A stretch of 37,677 bases of DNA from an uncultured Clostridia bacterium (lineage in GTDB: Bacteria; Bacillota; Clostridia; Oscillospirales; Acutalibacteraceae), in the NCBI GenBank assembly GCA_945988915.1, contig CAMFTS010000001.1:1-37677 (forward strand). The letters run 5' to 3'. The translations under genes were made by a program, and so were the position numbers. Below, piece after piece: positions 8,698 through 17,374 of the stretch. The notes beneath the pieces are model-generated. The model worked only from the letters and a program-made list of their open reading frames with translations. It did no database searches and was not told the DNA's origin. Each line of letters opens with the position of its first letter. The first letter of the stretch is position 1.

Positions 8698-10827
8698 TTA
8701 TTCTTCCTCTTTTTTAGTTCTTTTCTTTCTCTCGGCTTTCTTTTCAAATCCGCACTTTTCGTCAAGGCAGACCAATAATCCGCCCTTACGCTTAAACAAT
8801 GACTTGCCGCATTGCGGACAAAGCTCTTCTGTCGGCTTATCCCAAGTCATAAAATTACAATCGGGATAATTGTCGCATCCGAAGAATGCGTATCCCTTCT
8901 TTGATTTCTTTTGAATAACCTTGCCGCCGCATACAGGACACTTAGCATTTGTTTCCACAACATAAGGCTTGGTATTCTTACATTCGGGATATCCCGGGCA
9001 AGCAAGGAATTTGCCGAATCTGCCAACCTTAACGACCATCATTCTGCCGCACTTGTCGCAGGGAATATCGGTAACATCCTCCTGAAGCTGAATTTTCACG
9101 CCGGACATTTCATTCTTTGCCTTTGCAAGTGTCTCCTCAAATCCGTCATAGAAGGTGTGAAGCATCTGTATATAATCGACCTCGCCTGCCTCAACCTTAT
9201 CAAGATCCGACTCCATATTAGCGGTAAATTTAACATTAACTATATTCGGGAACTGCTGTTTTAAAAGATTTACAACCGCTTCACCCAACTCTGTCGGTGA
9301 TAACTGCTTTTTTTCTCTGACTACATATTCTCTCTGAAGAATTGTAGAAACGATTGAAACATAAGTACTCGGTCTGCCTACGCCTGTTTCTTCAAGCGCT
9401 TTAATAAGTGATGCTTCCGAATATCTTGCCGGCGGCTGTGTGAAGTGTTGATTTCCGTCAATACTCTTAAGCTTCAGCTTGTCGCTCTCGTGAATTTCGG
9501 GAAGAACGCTTTCGCCCTCTTCCTCCTCATCGGTACTTACCTCGTAAAGACGGGTGTAGCCGTCAAATTTTACGCTGTATCCCGATGCAGAGAAGTTAAG
9601 AATTTTACCTGCGTTTCTGTCGATTTCTGTTGCCGCGCTTATTTCTACCTTAACGGTATCCTGAACACAAGCAGACATTAAGCTTGCGGTAAAGCGCTTC
9701 CAGATAAGTGAATAGAGTTTATACTGGTCTGTTGTAAGACTGTCCTTAACCTTATCGGGTGAAAGTGACGGAATTGTCGGTCTTATAGCCTCGTGTCCGT
9801 CCTGAGCGTTTGACTTTGTTTTATAATATCTTGCTTTTTCCGGAAGATAAGCCTTGCCGTATTCTGACAAAATATATTCATTTCCCTCGGCTCTTGCCTC
9901 TTCTGAAATTCTGAGCGAGTCGGTTCTCATATAGGTAATAAGACCTGTTGTACCTACGCCCTTAATCTCCATACCTTCATAAAGCTCCTGAGCGATTTTC
10001 ATTGTCTTTTTGCCCTGGAAACCTAATTTTCTTGAAGCGTCCTGCTGTAAGGTTGAAGTGGTAAAAGGCGGAGCAGGCTGGCGTTTTCTCGTTCCTTTCT
10101 TTACGGAATCGACAATATAATCGGCACCGTCAAGGCGAGCAAGATATTCATCGGCCTGAGCCTTGTCGTTAATTTTAACCTTTCCGTTTTCATCTGCCGT
10201 AAGAGAAGCCGAAAATACTTTCTTAGATGACGGAGCTGAAAATTTTGCGTCGATTGACCAATACTCTTCAGCCTTAAAAGCTCTGATTTCTTCTTCTCTG
10301 TCAACTATAAGGCGGACTGCAACGGACTGAACACGGCCGGCTGAAAGACCGCGTCTTATCTTCTGCGAAACAAACGGGCTTAACTTATAGCCTACGATAC
10401 GGTCAAGAATTCTTCTTGCCTGCTGTGCGTCAACTAAATCAAGGTCAATCTTTTCCGGATTTGCAATACCCTTTGTAACGCTTGTCTTATTGATTTCATT
10501 AAATTTAACTCTGTTCTTTTCATTTATATCAAGATTAAGAACGGTTGCCAGATGCCATGAAATAGCTTCTCCCTCACGGTCCGGGTCGGTTGCAAGATAG
10601 ACAGAATCCGCTTCAGAAACCATTTCCTTTAATTCTTTTACAAGCTTTTCTTTGCCCTTGACAATAGCATATTTCGGAGCAAAATCATTCTTGACATCAA
10701 CGCTCAATTTTGCCGCAGGTAAATCCCTGATATGACCTACCGAAGCGGTTACCTTATAATCCTTGCCAAGATATTTTTGTATTGTCTTTGCCTTTGAAGG
10801 CGACTCAACTATAACTAATTTTGACAT
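8698..10827 (-). CDS. topA: DNA topoisomerase I
   Basis: 709 aa with an N-terminal TOPRIM domain (LVIVESPSKAKTIQKYLG) and C-terminal Cys4 zinc ribbons (CDKCGRMM...CPGYPEC, CPVCGGK, CPQCGK). Confidence 0.97.
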   Translation of the reverse strand: MSKLVIVESPSKAKTIQKYLGKDYKVTASVGHIRDLPAAKLSVDVKNDFAPKYAIVKGKEKLVKELKEMVSEADSVYLATDPDREGEAISWHLATVLNLDINEKNRVKFNEINKTSVTKGIANPEKIDLDLVDAQQARRILDRIVGYKLSPFVSQKIRRGLSAGRVQSVAVRLIVDREEEIRAFKAEEYWSIDAKFSAPSSKKVFSASLTADENGKVKINDKAQADEYLARLDGADYIVDSVKKGTRKRQPAPPFTTSTLQQDASRKLGFQGKKTMKIAQELYEGMEIKGVGTTGLITYMRTDSLRISEEARAEGNEYILSEYGKAYLPEKARYYKTKSNAQDGHEAIRPTIPSLSPDKVKDSLTTDQYKLYSLIWKRFTASLMSACVQDTVKVEISAATEIDRNAGKILNFSASGYSVKFDGYTRLYEVSTDEEEEGESVLPEIHESDKLKLKSIDGNQHFTQPPARYSEASLIKALEETGVGRPSTYVSIVSTILQREYVVREKKQLSPTELGEAVVNLLKQQFPNIVNVKFTANMESDLDKVEAGEVDYIQMLHTFYDGFEETLAKAKNEMSGVKIQLQEDVTDIPCDKCGRMMVVKVGRFGKFLACPGYPECKNTKPYVVETNAKCPVCGGKVIQKKSKKGYAFFGCDNYPDCNFMTWDKPTEELCPQCGKSLFKRKGGLLVCLDEKCGFEKKAERKKRTKKEEE

Positions 10828-10845
10828 AGAAAAATCATCCTTAAC

Positions 10846-12078
10846 TCAAATTTTTTTATATTTTCTGCCCGGCAGAACATCAATTACCTTTTGCATTTCA
10901 AGCTCCGTAATTGCAGTCATAACCTTGAATGCGGGAAGCCCCGAGCTTCTTACGACTTCGTCAAATTCTGTTTCGCCGTCAATTACGCCGTAAACGGTTC
11001 TCGCGTTTTCAGAAATGCCTTCAGGTAAAGCTCTCTGCTCTGTATTATTAAAAGTCTGTTCTTCAGGCTCTGTTTTCTCAATTATATTTTCTTTCTTTTT
11101 GCTTCTTTGTTTCCTTGGTACATTTATGCTGTCGAGCACAAATTTATCACTTTTTGCAATAATTTTTGAAAGCGGTGTATCCGCACCGTCAAGCTTTATT
11201 TTATCAGGATAAAGATTGACATATTCCTCTGCAATATCTGCCGCGGTAAACACAGGCTTTGCGCCGTCGCGAATCAGCTTATTAGCTCCTGTAAAGGAAG
11301 AAGAAAACACATCTCCCGGCACTGCAAAAACATCTCTGTTCTGCTCTGTGGCAAGCCTTGCCGTAATGAGCGAGCCGCTGCGTTCTCCCGCCTCAATAAC
11401 AACGGTTCCCAAGGACATACCGGAAATAATTCTGTTCCTTTTCGGGAAGGTGTATTTGGACGCCTCATAAAACGGCGGATATTCGGTTATCACGGCGCCG
11501 TTTTGTGCAATATTTCTTCGTAAAGCCTCGTTTTCCCTCAAATAGTCAGTGCCCAGACCGCAGCCGAGTACGGCAACCGTCTTTGACTGTGATGAAAGCG
11601 CTCCGCTGTGCGCGGCACTGTCAATGCCTAATGCACCGCCCGAAACAACAGTTAATCCGGTTTTGGAAAGCTCGGAAGCGAGAACAGTTGCCGCTTTCAT
11701 TCCGTATGCCGAAGCCTTTCGTGTACCCACCATTGAGATGAAAGCGAAATTGTTTAACAATTCGCTGTTTCCGTCAACATAAAGCACTGCGGGGAAATCG
11801 CAGATCTCACGAAGTAAAGGCGGATATTCGTCATCGTCGGGTGTAATGATATCCCAATGGTTGTCAGAGCAGGCTCTCATTATTTTCCCGGATTCCGACG
11901 GGCTGTACTGCGAAAGTTTTTCAATCTGCTTACCCGAAAACAAACCGGAAAGCCGCCACTCATAGCTTCCGACCTCGTAAAGCTTCCGTGCCGAGCCGTA
12001 ATAATTTATTATATCATCAATTTTCGCTGCAAATCCAAGTGTACGCTGCAGCCAAATCCAATATTCGCAGTTAATCAT
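10846..12078 (-). CDS. dprA: DNA processing/protecting protein DprA (Smf)
   Basis: Contains the DprA core motif VVSGGALGIDSAAH and a C-terminal winged-helix-like tail. The ORF track starts at a GTG at 12093. The ATG at 12078 (MINCEYW) overlaps the upstream TGA as ATGA, which suggests translational coupling. Confidence 0.9.
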   Translation of the reverse strand: MINCEYWIWLQRTLGFAAKIDDIINYYGSARKLYEVGSYEWRLSGLFSGKQIEKLSQYSPSESGKIMRACSDNHWDIITPDDDEYPPLLREICDFPAVLYVDGNSELLNNFAFISMVGTRKASAYGMKAATVLASELSKTGLTVVSGGALGIDSAAHSGALSSQSKTVAVLGCGLGTDYLRENEALRRNIAQNGAVITEYPPFYEASKYTFPKRNRIISGMSLGTVVIEAGERSGSLITARLATEQNRDVFAVPGDVFSSSFTGANKLIRDGAKPVFTAADIAEEYVNLYPDKIKLDGADTPLSKIIAKSDKFVLDSINVPRKQRSKKKENIIEKTEPEEQTFNNTEQRALPEGISENARTVYGVIDGETEFDEVVRSSGLPAFKVMTAITELEMQKVIDVLPGRKYKKI

Positions 12079-12860
12079 TTCATCATTTCCCACATAGTAA
12101 TAACTGCCGCCGAAGAAGCGTTCAGCGACTCGGCGTTTCCAAGCATTTTAATAGTTGCAAGCACAGAAGTAGCATTTTGGACCTCTTGACTGACGCCGTT
12201 TCCTTCGTTTCCGATAACCGCAACCGCACCGCGTGAAAAATCAAGAGTTGTAATATCTCTTGCTGAATTGTCGGGGACAGTTGAGAATGTTAATACTCCG
12301 CAGCTGTTGAGCTTTTCAATCAGCGCGCACAGATTATCGGTCCGAATTACGGGAATCCTCAAAAGACTTCCCATTGAAGCTCTCAGTGCTTTGGGATTGT
12401 AAATATCACAGCCGCCCGAAACAATAACACCCTGAATTCCGAGAGCCTCTGCCGTTCTCGCAACAGTCCCTAAATTCTGGGGATTTTGCACCGAGTCAAG
12501 TGCAACATATCTTTTGCCTGCCGTAACCTCTTCGGTAGTGCTGTGTTTCATTTCAACAACGCAAAAAACGCCTTGGGAATTAACAGTATCCGAAAGCTTA
12601 TCTTTAACCTCGTCGGTTATCAGATAAACCTTGTCGGCATTATCTGTAATAACCTGCGCTTTTTCATTATACTTGGAAAGTGCGTCATAGGTTATATACA
12701 CCTCTTTAATGCTGTATCCGCTTATTAAGGCGTCGTAGCAAAGGCGAATACCCTCGCACACAAAAAGCGAAGCGCGATTTCTCTCTTTTGAGCTTGTAAC
12801 GAGTTTATTTACATATTTAATTTTTTCGTTGTTCCTGCTTGAAATTTCAATATAATTCAT
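12075..12860 (-). CDS. TrmH/SpoU-family RNA 2-prime-O-methyltransferase (YsgA-like)
   Basis: Contains SpoU-type C-terminal motifs (VIGNEGNGVS, ESLNASSAAVI). The ORF-track TTG start at 12875 lies inside the T-tract of the rplT terminator, so the ATG at 12860 (MNYIEISS) is preferred. Confidence 0.85.
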   Translation of the reverse strand: MNYIEISSRNNEKIKYVNKLVTSSKERNRASLFVCEGIRLCYDALISGYSIKEVYITYDALSKYNEKAQVITDNADKVYLITDEVKDKLSDTVNSQGVFCVVEMKHSTTEEVTAGKRYVALDSVQNPQNLGTVARTAEALGIQGVIVSGGCDIYNPKALRASMGSLLRIPVIRTDNLCALIEKLNSCGVLTFSTVPDNSARDITTLDFSRGAVAVIGNEGNGVSQEVQNATSVLATIKMLGNAESLNASSAAVITMWEMMK

Positions 12861-12873
12861 ACTAAAATGCGAC

Positions 12874-12909
12874 AAAAAATTTAACCACGCCCAAAATTCA
12901 GGCGTGGTT
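12874..12909 (-). terminator. Rho-independent terminator after rplT
   Basis: On the minus strand a 9-bp stem (aaccacgcc / ggcgtggtt at 12883-12891 and 12901-12909) with a 9-nt loop is followed by AAATTTTTT. Confidence 0.8.
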
Positions 12910-12914
12910 ATAGC

Positions 12915-13271
12915 TTATTTAAGTGCTGCTTTTGCCTGCTCTGTAAGAGCTGTGAAAGCTGCAGGATCTGAAATAGCAATTTCAGAAAGCATCTTACGAT
13001 TTAATGTAACGCCTGCTTTGTTAAGTCCGTTGATGAATGTTGAATAATTCATACCGTTCATCTTGCAAGCAGCTGAAATTCTTGTGATCCAGAGTCTTCT
13101 GAAATCTCTCTTCTTCTGCTTTCTGCCGATGTAAGCATACTGACCGGACTTCATAACTGCCTGTTTAGCAGTCTTGAAAAGGCTTGACTTTGAGCCATAG
13201 TATCCTTTAGCGAGTTTTAAAACTTTATTTCTTCTTTTGCGAGTCATCATCGCACCCTTAATACGAGCCAT
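12915..13271 (-). CDS. rplT: 50S ribosomal protein L20
   Basis: 118 aa, [26 protein letters not shown]..., with canonical L20 N-terminus and length. Confidence 0.98.
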   Translation of the reverse strand: MARIKGAMMTRKRRNKVLKLAKGYYGSKSSLFKTAKQAVMKSGQYAYIGRKQKKRDFRRLWITRISAACKMNGMNYSTFINGLNKAGVTLNRKMLSEIAISDPAAFTALTEQAKAALK

Positions 13272-13331
13272 TTATAAGTTACCTCCGAAATTTTGTAGTA
13301 AACGGGCTTTAAGCCCCAATCGTTTTAAGAA

Positions 13332-13529
13332 TTATTTATAAGGAACAAGACGCTTAATCTGCTTCTGATTTGTTACGTCTGCAACAGTAGTCTTACGAAG
13401 ATTTCTTTTTCTCTTGGTTGACTTCTTGTTAAGAATGTGTGACTTGTAAGCGTGTCCTCTGATCGGCTTACCGTTCTTTGACAATTTGAAACGTTTTTTT
13501 GCACCGCTGTGAGTTTTAATTTTAGGCAT
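13332..13529 (-). CDS. rpmI: 50S ribosomal protein L35
   Basis: 65 aa, [15 protein letters not shown]..., canonical L35. Confidence 0.98.
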   Translation of the reverse strand: MPKIKTHSGAKKRFKLSKNGKPIRGHAYKSHILNKKSTKRKRNLRKTTVADVTNQKQIKRLVPYK

Positions 13530-13558
13530 TTTATTTTCCTCCTGAATGAATAATTTAC

Positions 13559-14077
13559 TTATTTAGTAGCCAAAGGGGCTAAGAACATAAGCATCTGTCT
13601 GCCTTCAAGCTTTGCCGGCTTTTCGAGAGTACAGTTTTCACTTAAAGCTTCGGCAAATTTTCTCATGGTTTCTTCGCCTAACTGCGGATGTGCCATTTCG
13701 CGTCCTCTGAAACGAATTGAAACCTTTACCTTGTGGCCGGTTGCAAGAAATTTTCTTGCCTGATTTGCTTTCGTATCGAAGTCATGCGTGTCAATATTGA
13801 GAGAGAGTCTGATTTCCTTTGTTTCGATGATACGCTGGTTTTTCTTGGATTCCTTCTCTTTTTTTGTCTGTTCAAATCTGTATTTTCCGTAGTCCATAAT
13901 TTTGCAAACGGGCGGATTTGCGGTAGGCGCGATTTTAACAAGGTCAAGATTTTTCTCTTCAGCCTTTTTAAGCGCTTCTTTAGCCGACATAATGCCGAGC
14001 TGTTCGCCGTCAGCAGTAATTACTCTGACTTCTTTGTCACGGATTTCTTCATTGAGTTGCATTTCTTTGATAGCGAT
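13559..14077 (-). CDS. infC: Translation initiation factor IF-3, probable non-AUG (ATC) start
   Basis: Contains the IF-3 sequence ([22 protein letters not shown]...). The first ATG at 14062 has no SD. An in-frame ATC at 14077 lies 9 nt after the AGGAG at 14087-14091, and an in-frame TGA lies three codons further upstream. A second ATC at 14071 is an alternative start. Confidence 0.9.
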   Translation of the reverse strand: MAIKEMQLNEEIRDKEVRVITADGEQLGIMSAKEALKKAEEKNLDLVKIAPTANPPVCKIMDYGKYRFEQTKKEKESKKNQRIIETKEIRLSLNIDTHDFDTKANQARKFLATGHKVKVSIRFRGREMAHPQLGEETMRKFAEALSENCTLEKPAKLEGRQMLMFLAPLATK

Positions 14078-14091
14078 GGATAATCACTCCT

Positions 14092-14216
14092 AAAATAAAT
14101 TAAAGCGTGAACATAACCGTTCACGCTCAATACACACAATAAGACCAAAGCCTTTGAAGTATTGACCTGTTTCATAATAAAATCACAGGTGAGAACGGGC
14201 AGTTCTTCTTTGTTGT
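14092..14216 (-). promoter_or_regulatory. Probable L20-type ribosomal-protein leader with an intrinsic attenuator directly upstream of infC
   Basis: About 125 nt lie between the predicted promoter and the infC SD. The leader ends in a perfect 9-bp hairpin (agcgtgaac/gttcacgct, 14104-14127) followed on the minus strand by TTAATTTATTTT, which abuts the SD. There is an internal hairpin ACCTGT...ACAGGT (about 14166-14195). Possible long-range pairing exists between CACACAACAA near the 5-prime end and TTATTGTGTGT just before the terminator. Confidence 0.55.
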
Positions 14217-14222
14217 GTGAGT

Positions 14223-14251
14223 ATGATACACCATTATTCCTGAATTGTCAA
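14223..14251 (-). promoter_or_regulatory. Sigma-A type promoter of the infC-rpmI-rplT operon
   Basis: On the minus strand: -35 TTGACA (14246-14251), a 17-nt spacer, and -10 TATCAT (14223-14228) preceded directly by TG. Confidence 0.6.
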
Positions 14252-14332
14252 CAGTTTTTTGAATATTGGATGCAAATAGATTTATATTCGCTTCGCCGTT
14301 TCTTAAATTGCATAGGCTTATGCAAAAAGGTG

Positions 14333-14896
14333 CTATTTCTTCATAAGCCCTAATAAAACAATCCATTCCCGGACAACATTCCTTAAAAATGTTGACGCTG
14401 ACAAACGGGAACACAGATTATACGGCTCTATTCCTTCGCGCTTCGCATAAATCTTTGAACGGAACGCATGAAAATTCGTTGTAATAATTACAGCCCTGTT
14501 TCCAAAGCCTTTTTCGTCCATAATTCTTTTTGAAAAGACCATATTTTCAACCGTTGTCCGCGACTGATTTTCAATGATAAGCCGGCTTGCCTCTATACCC
14601 TTTTCCTGAGTCAAATAATCAAACATAACCTGTGCTTCGGAACGGTTAATCTCATCTTCTCTTCCGCCCGAAAGAATAAGCACGGCATTTTCGTTTTCTT
14701 TCAGATACCGATATCCTCTGTCGCATCTTTTCAAAAGCATGGGACTCGGCTCGTTGTCACGGACCGTACAGCCGAGAACTATTCCGACTGTATCGGGAGG
14801 AATGTTCCTGCTTTCTCTCGCACCGTTAATCATCAAAGCCGACGCAACGATGCAATATGCTATTATAATTGTAATTATTACATATAATACTGTCAT
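14333..14896 (-). CDS. DUF218 / YdcF-SanA family membrane-anchored protein
   Basis: 187 aa. One N-terminal TM helix (VLYVIITIIIAYCIVASALMI) is followed by VLGC..., ILSGG and TTNFH motifs remembered from DUF218 proteins. Its ATG overlaps the stop of the upstream gene (ATGA). Confidence 0.75.
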   Translation of the reverse strand: MTVLYVIITIIIAYCIVASALMINGARESRNIPPDTVGIVLGCTVRDNEPSPMLLKRCDRGYRYLKENENAVLILSGGREDEINRSEAQVMFDYLTQEKGIEASRLIIENQSRTTVENMVFSKRIMDEKGFGNRAVIITTNFHAFRSKIYAKREGIEPYNLCSRLSASTFLRNVVREWIVLLGLMKK

Positions 14897-16164
14897 TTAA
14901 TTAACCTTTCAACATCTTCGGGCTTTATTCTTTTTGAAACAATAAATGTCTTTCTTTTGAGCATACCTTTATCGGTTGAATATCTGCCCGTTTCCTTTAC
15001 TTCGGGTGAGAATATTCCGTAAGACGAGGTTACGACGGTACCGTCGGACAGCACAACATTTCCGCAATAGCCTGTGTCTGCATTAGCCGTAATTGCGGGC
15101 TTTTTTTGTCCGGGCAAATAGGTATGCGCAATCTTGATTCTGTACTGTCCCTCTTTGCCGTTTTTCAGGTCGTCATAAGTGCCGACCCAAGCTATCCAGC
15201 CCTCGGAATACCAACCTCTGAAGAGCTTTTCGCTGTATTTTCTGTTTTTTCTTTTATCTCTTTCGATTGAACGGAAAGTAATAAACAATCTGCCGTCAGG
15301 AAGATAGTCTGCCTTATGTCTTTCACCGTTCACGGCACTCGGTGCGAATACAGGCTCCGACCAGGTTTCGCCCTCATCACTTGAAAAAGAAAGAAGCGAA
15401 TTTGTCTTTTTTGAATTACTCCTTGTAATGAGCATCAACTCATCGCCCGTTCCGCCGTCACTTCTGACGCACTCAACCTCGCACATACCCGTCGCTTGTT
15501 CAATTTCTCTGTATTTTGAGAAATACGGCACGGGCTTTGACCAATGCATTTTTCCGTCATTGTCAAAGGTTAAGAATGTTTTGTAATTCACAAAATCTTT
15601 GTCGTGAAAAAGACCCATCCATTTGTCAATGAACTCCCCGTTTTCTTTCATTCTTGTAAGCGAGCTCATTGAAACGATAGGATAAATCTCACCGCCGAAG
15701 AACAGTTCAAATTCCGAGAAGGTCTTGCCCTCATCACAGGAAACCGAGCAATTAAAACCGCCGACAGAGGTTTTTTCATTCCACCATTTCGGATTGCCGC
15801 AAATTAAAATGATTTTATCGTTCCATTCGTGCTGAGAGAATTGTAATCTATATACCGTCGGTGTTTCCTTTGATTTCACCCAGCTTTCAGGCGGATTGTC
15901 CACACCGTCGGCATACGACTTGCCTGCGTCAAAGCTCTTCTTAACCAACACCTTGCCTTTTCCGTGTCCTTCGGGATAAAAAGTCAAAATTTCATCACCG
16001 TTGACAGTGACAGAGTCGGGGTGTCCGAGATATCCGTTACCCTCATCTACAACAGTGTATTCAAAAAGATATTTTAACTCTTCGCTTATATCGTTTGGCA
16101 TTACCGATAAATCGATTTGCGGAACAGTATAATTCTTGCCTTTATCCTTAATTTTCATAGACAT
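14893..16164 (-). CDS. BNR/Asp-box repeat beta-propeller protein (sialidase-like), no signal peptide
   Basis: 423 aa with Asp-box motifs SCDEGKTF and SSDEGETW. The N-terminus is hydrophilic (MSMKIKDKGKNYTV). The SD GAGGTG lies 5 nt before the ATG. Confidence 0.65.
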   Translation of the reverse strand: MSMKIKDKGKNYTVPQIDLSVMPNDISEELKYLFEYTVVDEGNGYLGHPDSVTVNGDEILTFYPEGHGKGKVLVKKSFDAGKSYADGVDNPPESWVKSKETPTVYRLQFSQHEWNDKIILICGNPKWWNEKTSVGGFNCSVSCDEGKTFSEFELFFGGEIYPIVSMSSLTRMKENGEFIDKWMGLFHDKDFVNYKTFLTFDNDGKMHWSKPVPYFSKYREIEQATGMCEVECVRSDGGTGDELMLITRSNSKKTNSLLSFSSDEGETWSEPVFAPSAVNGERHKADYLPDGRLFITFRSIERDKRKNRKYSEKLFRGWYSEGWIAWVGTYDDLKNGKEGQYRIKIAHTYLPGQKKPAITANADTGYCGNVVLSDGTVVTSSYGIFSPEVKETGRYSTDKGMLKRKTFIVSKRIKPEDVERLIK

Positions 16165-16177
16165 AACAACACCTCAT

Positions 16178-16213
16178 AAATCAAAAGCTCCGTTGACAAT
16201 ATCAACGGAGCTT
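16178..16213 (-). terminator. Rho-independent terminator after the 359-aa lipoprotein gene
   Basis: A perfect 12-bp stem (aagctccgttga / tcaacggagctt, 16185-16196 and 16202-16213) with a 5-nt loop, followed on the minus strand by TTTGATTT. Confidence 0.75.
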
Positions 16214-16223
16214 AATAAGTAAA

Positions 16224-17303
16224 TTATTTTGCTTCTGCTTCCCAACCGAAATGATATTCAACACAGTCCGTACAATTAAAGGTTAAATCCTGACTGCCCA
16301 AATATTCAAGAGAGCCGACGCCGTTAACAACAGTAGAAACAGCCATATTCTTATAATAGCTTACCGTGATAATATTATCTGTAACTGCATTGAAGGTTGC
16401 AACGATTGTGCAGGTGTCAAACGCTACATTGTAATCATCAACAGTGAAATAATCCGAGCCCTTTTTCATTTCTTTAAGGATACCTTCCTTACCTCTTAAA
16501 GAAAAGGCATTCTTAACAGCTGCTTCATCATCCTTGAGAACGATTTTCACAATTCTTGTTGCAGCTGTCGGAACATTTTCGTCGTCAGAATTTTTAACTG
16601 TATCATACTGAACCGAGCTATAAACTGCAACAACATTATCTATTGTCAGCGCACAAGCCTTTTTGTCGCCGTAAAGATACATAATATTTGTTAAATCGTC
16701 ACCTTTTTCTGTAATACCCGTTACGCCGTTATTCTCGTCGCTGAGGTAGTTGCCTACGCCCTTTGTAACGAAGTAATCAAAATACTTTGCGGCAGTTTTG
16801 ATTTTTGAATCGCTTTCTTTACCGTTCTGTGAGAAATAAATGCTGTCACTGTCAGTCCAGAAGCTTTCTTTATATTCAACGATTGGTTTCTCGGCTTTAG
16901 CATAATTTATTTTTTCTACGAAGTAATCAAGAACAGCTTCATTATTATTTGTAAGCTGAGCCTTTTCCTCTGCCGAAAGCAAATCCATTACCGAATTGAA
17001 AAGCTCGCTTCCCTCTTCATAACGGTTACACAAATCATTGTAAGTTAAGTCTGTGGTGATATCATCGCTGAGCTCCTCGTATTCTTCAAAAAGCGAGCCG
17101 AGCTTATCCTGTGGAAGCACACCCTTGAGTTCACCATATGTAAAAGTAAATACAGCATCCTTAAGATCCGTTTTAACAGTAACTGCAACAGGCTCTTCAG
17201 CGTCATTATTAAGAAGTTTTTCAACACTGCAGGAAGAAAACATAACAGTTACCATTGCAAGTATCAGCAAAATTGAAACCGTCTTTTTAATTTTGAATTG
17301 CAT
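16224..17303 (-). CDS. Lipoprotein of unknown function
   Basis: 359 aa with a signal peptide and lipobox (LILAMVTVMFSSC|S). The mature part is acidic. The SD AAAGGGGA lies upstream. I recognise no family. Confidence 0.7.
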   Translation of the reverse strand: MQFKIKKTVSILLILAMVTVMFSSCSVEKLLNNDAEEPVAVTVKTDLKDAVFTFTYGELKGVLPQDKLGSLFEEYEELSDDITTDLTYNDLCNRYEEGSELFNSVMDLLSAEEKAQLTNNNEAVLDYFVEKINYAKAEKPIVEYKESFWTDSDSIYFSQNGKESDSKIKTAAKYFDYFVTKGVGNYLSDENNGVTGITEKGDDLTNIMYLYGDKKACALTIDNVVAVYSSVQYDTVKNSDDENVPTAATRIVKIVLKDDEAAVKNAFSLRGKEGILKEMKKGSDYFTVDDYNVAFDTCTIVATFNAVTDNIITVSYYKNMAVSTVVNGVGSLEYLGSQDLTFNCTDCVEYHFGWEAEAK

Positions 17304-17374
17304 AATTCTGTCCCCTTTTGGTCGTTATATATTAATAATAACACATAATGTATAGAATTAACAATAGTTTTTTA

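Noticed and set aside
14315-14349. The hairpin ggcttatg...cataagcc spanning the DUF218 stop codon as a terminator.
   Set aside because: It has only an 8-bp stem, a 19-nt loop and a weak U-tract. It is not convincing enough to call.
14162-14414. ORF-track ORFs of 63 aa (plus strand) and 80 aa (minus strand) between infC and the DUF218 gene.
   Set aside because: They overlap the predicted promoter, leader and attenuator of infC and the 3-prime end of the DUF218 gene. They have no SD, and their sequence is better explained as regulatory RNA.
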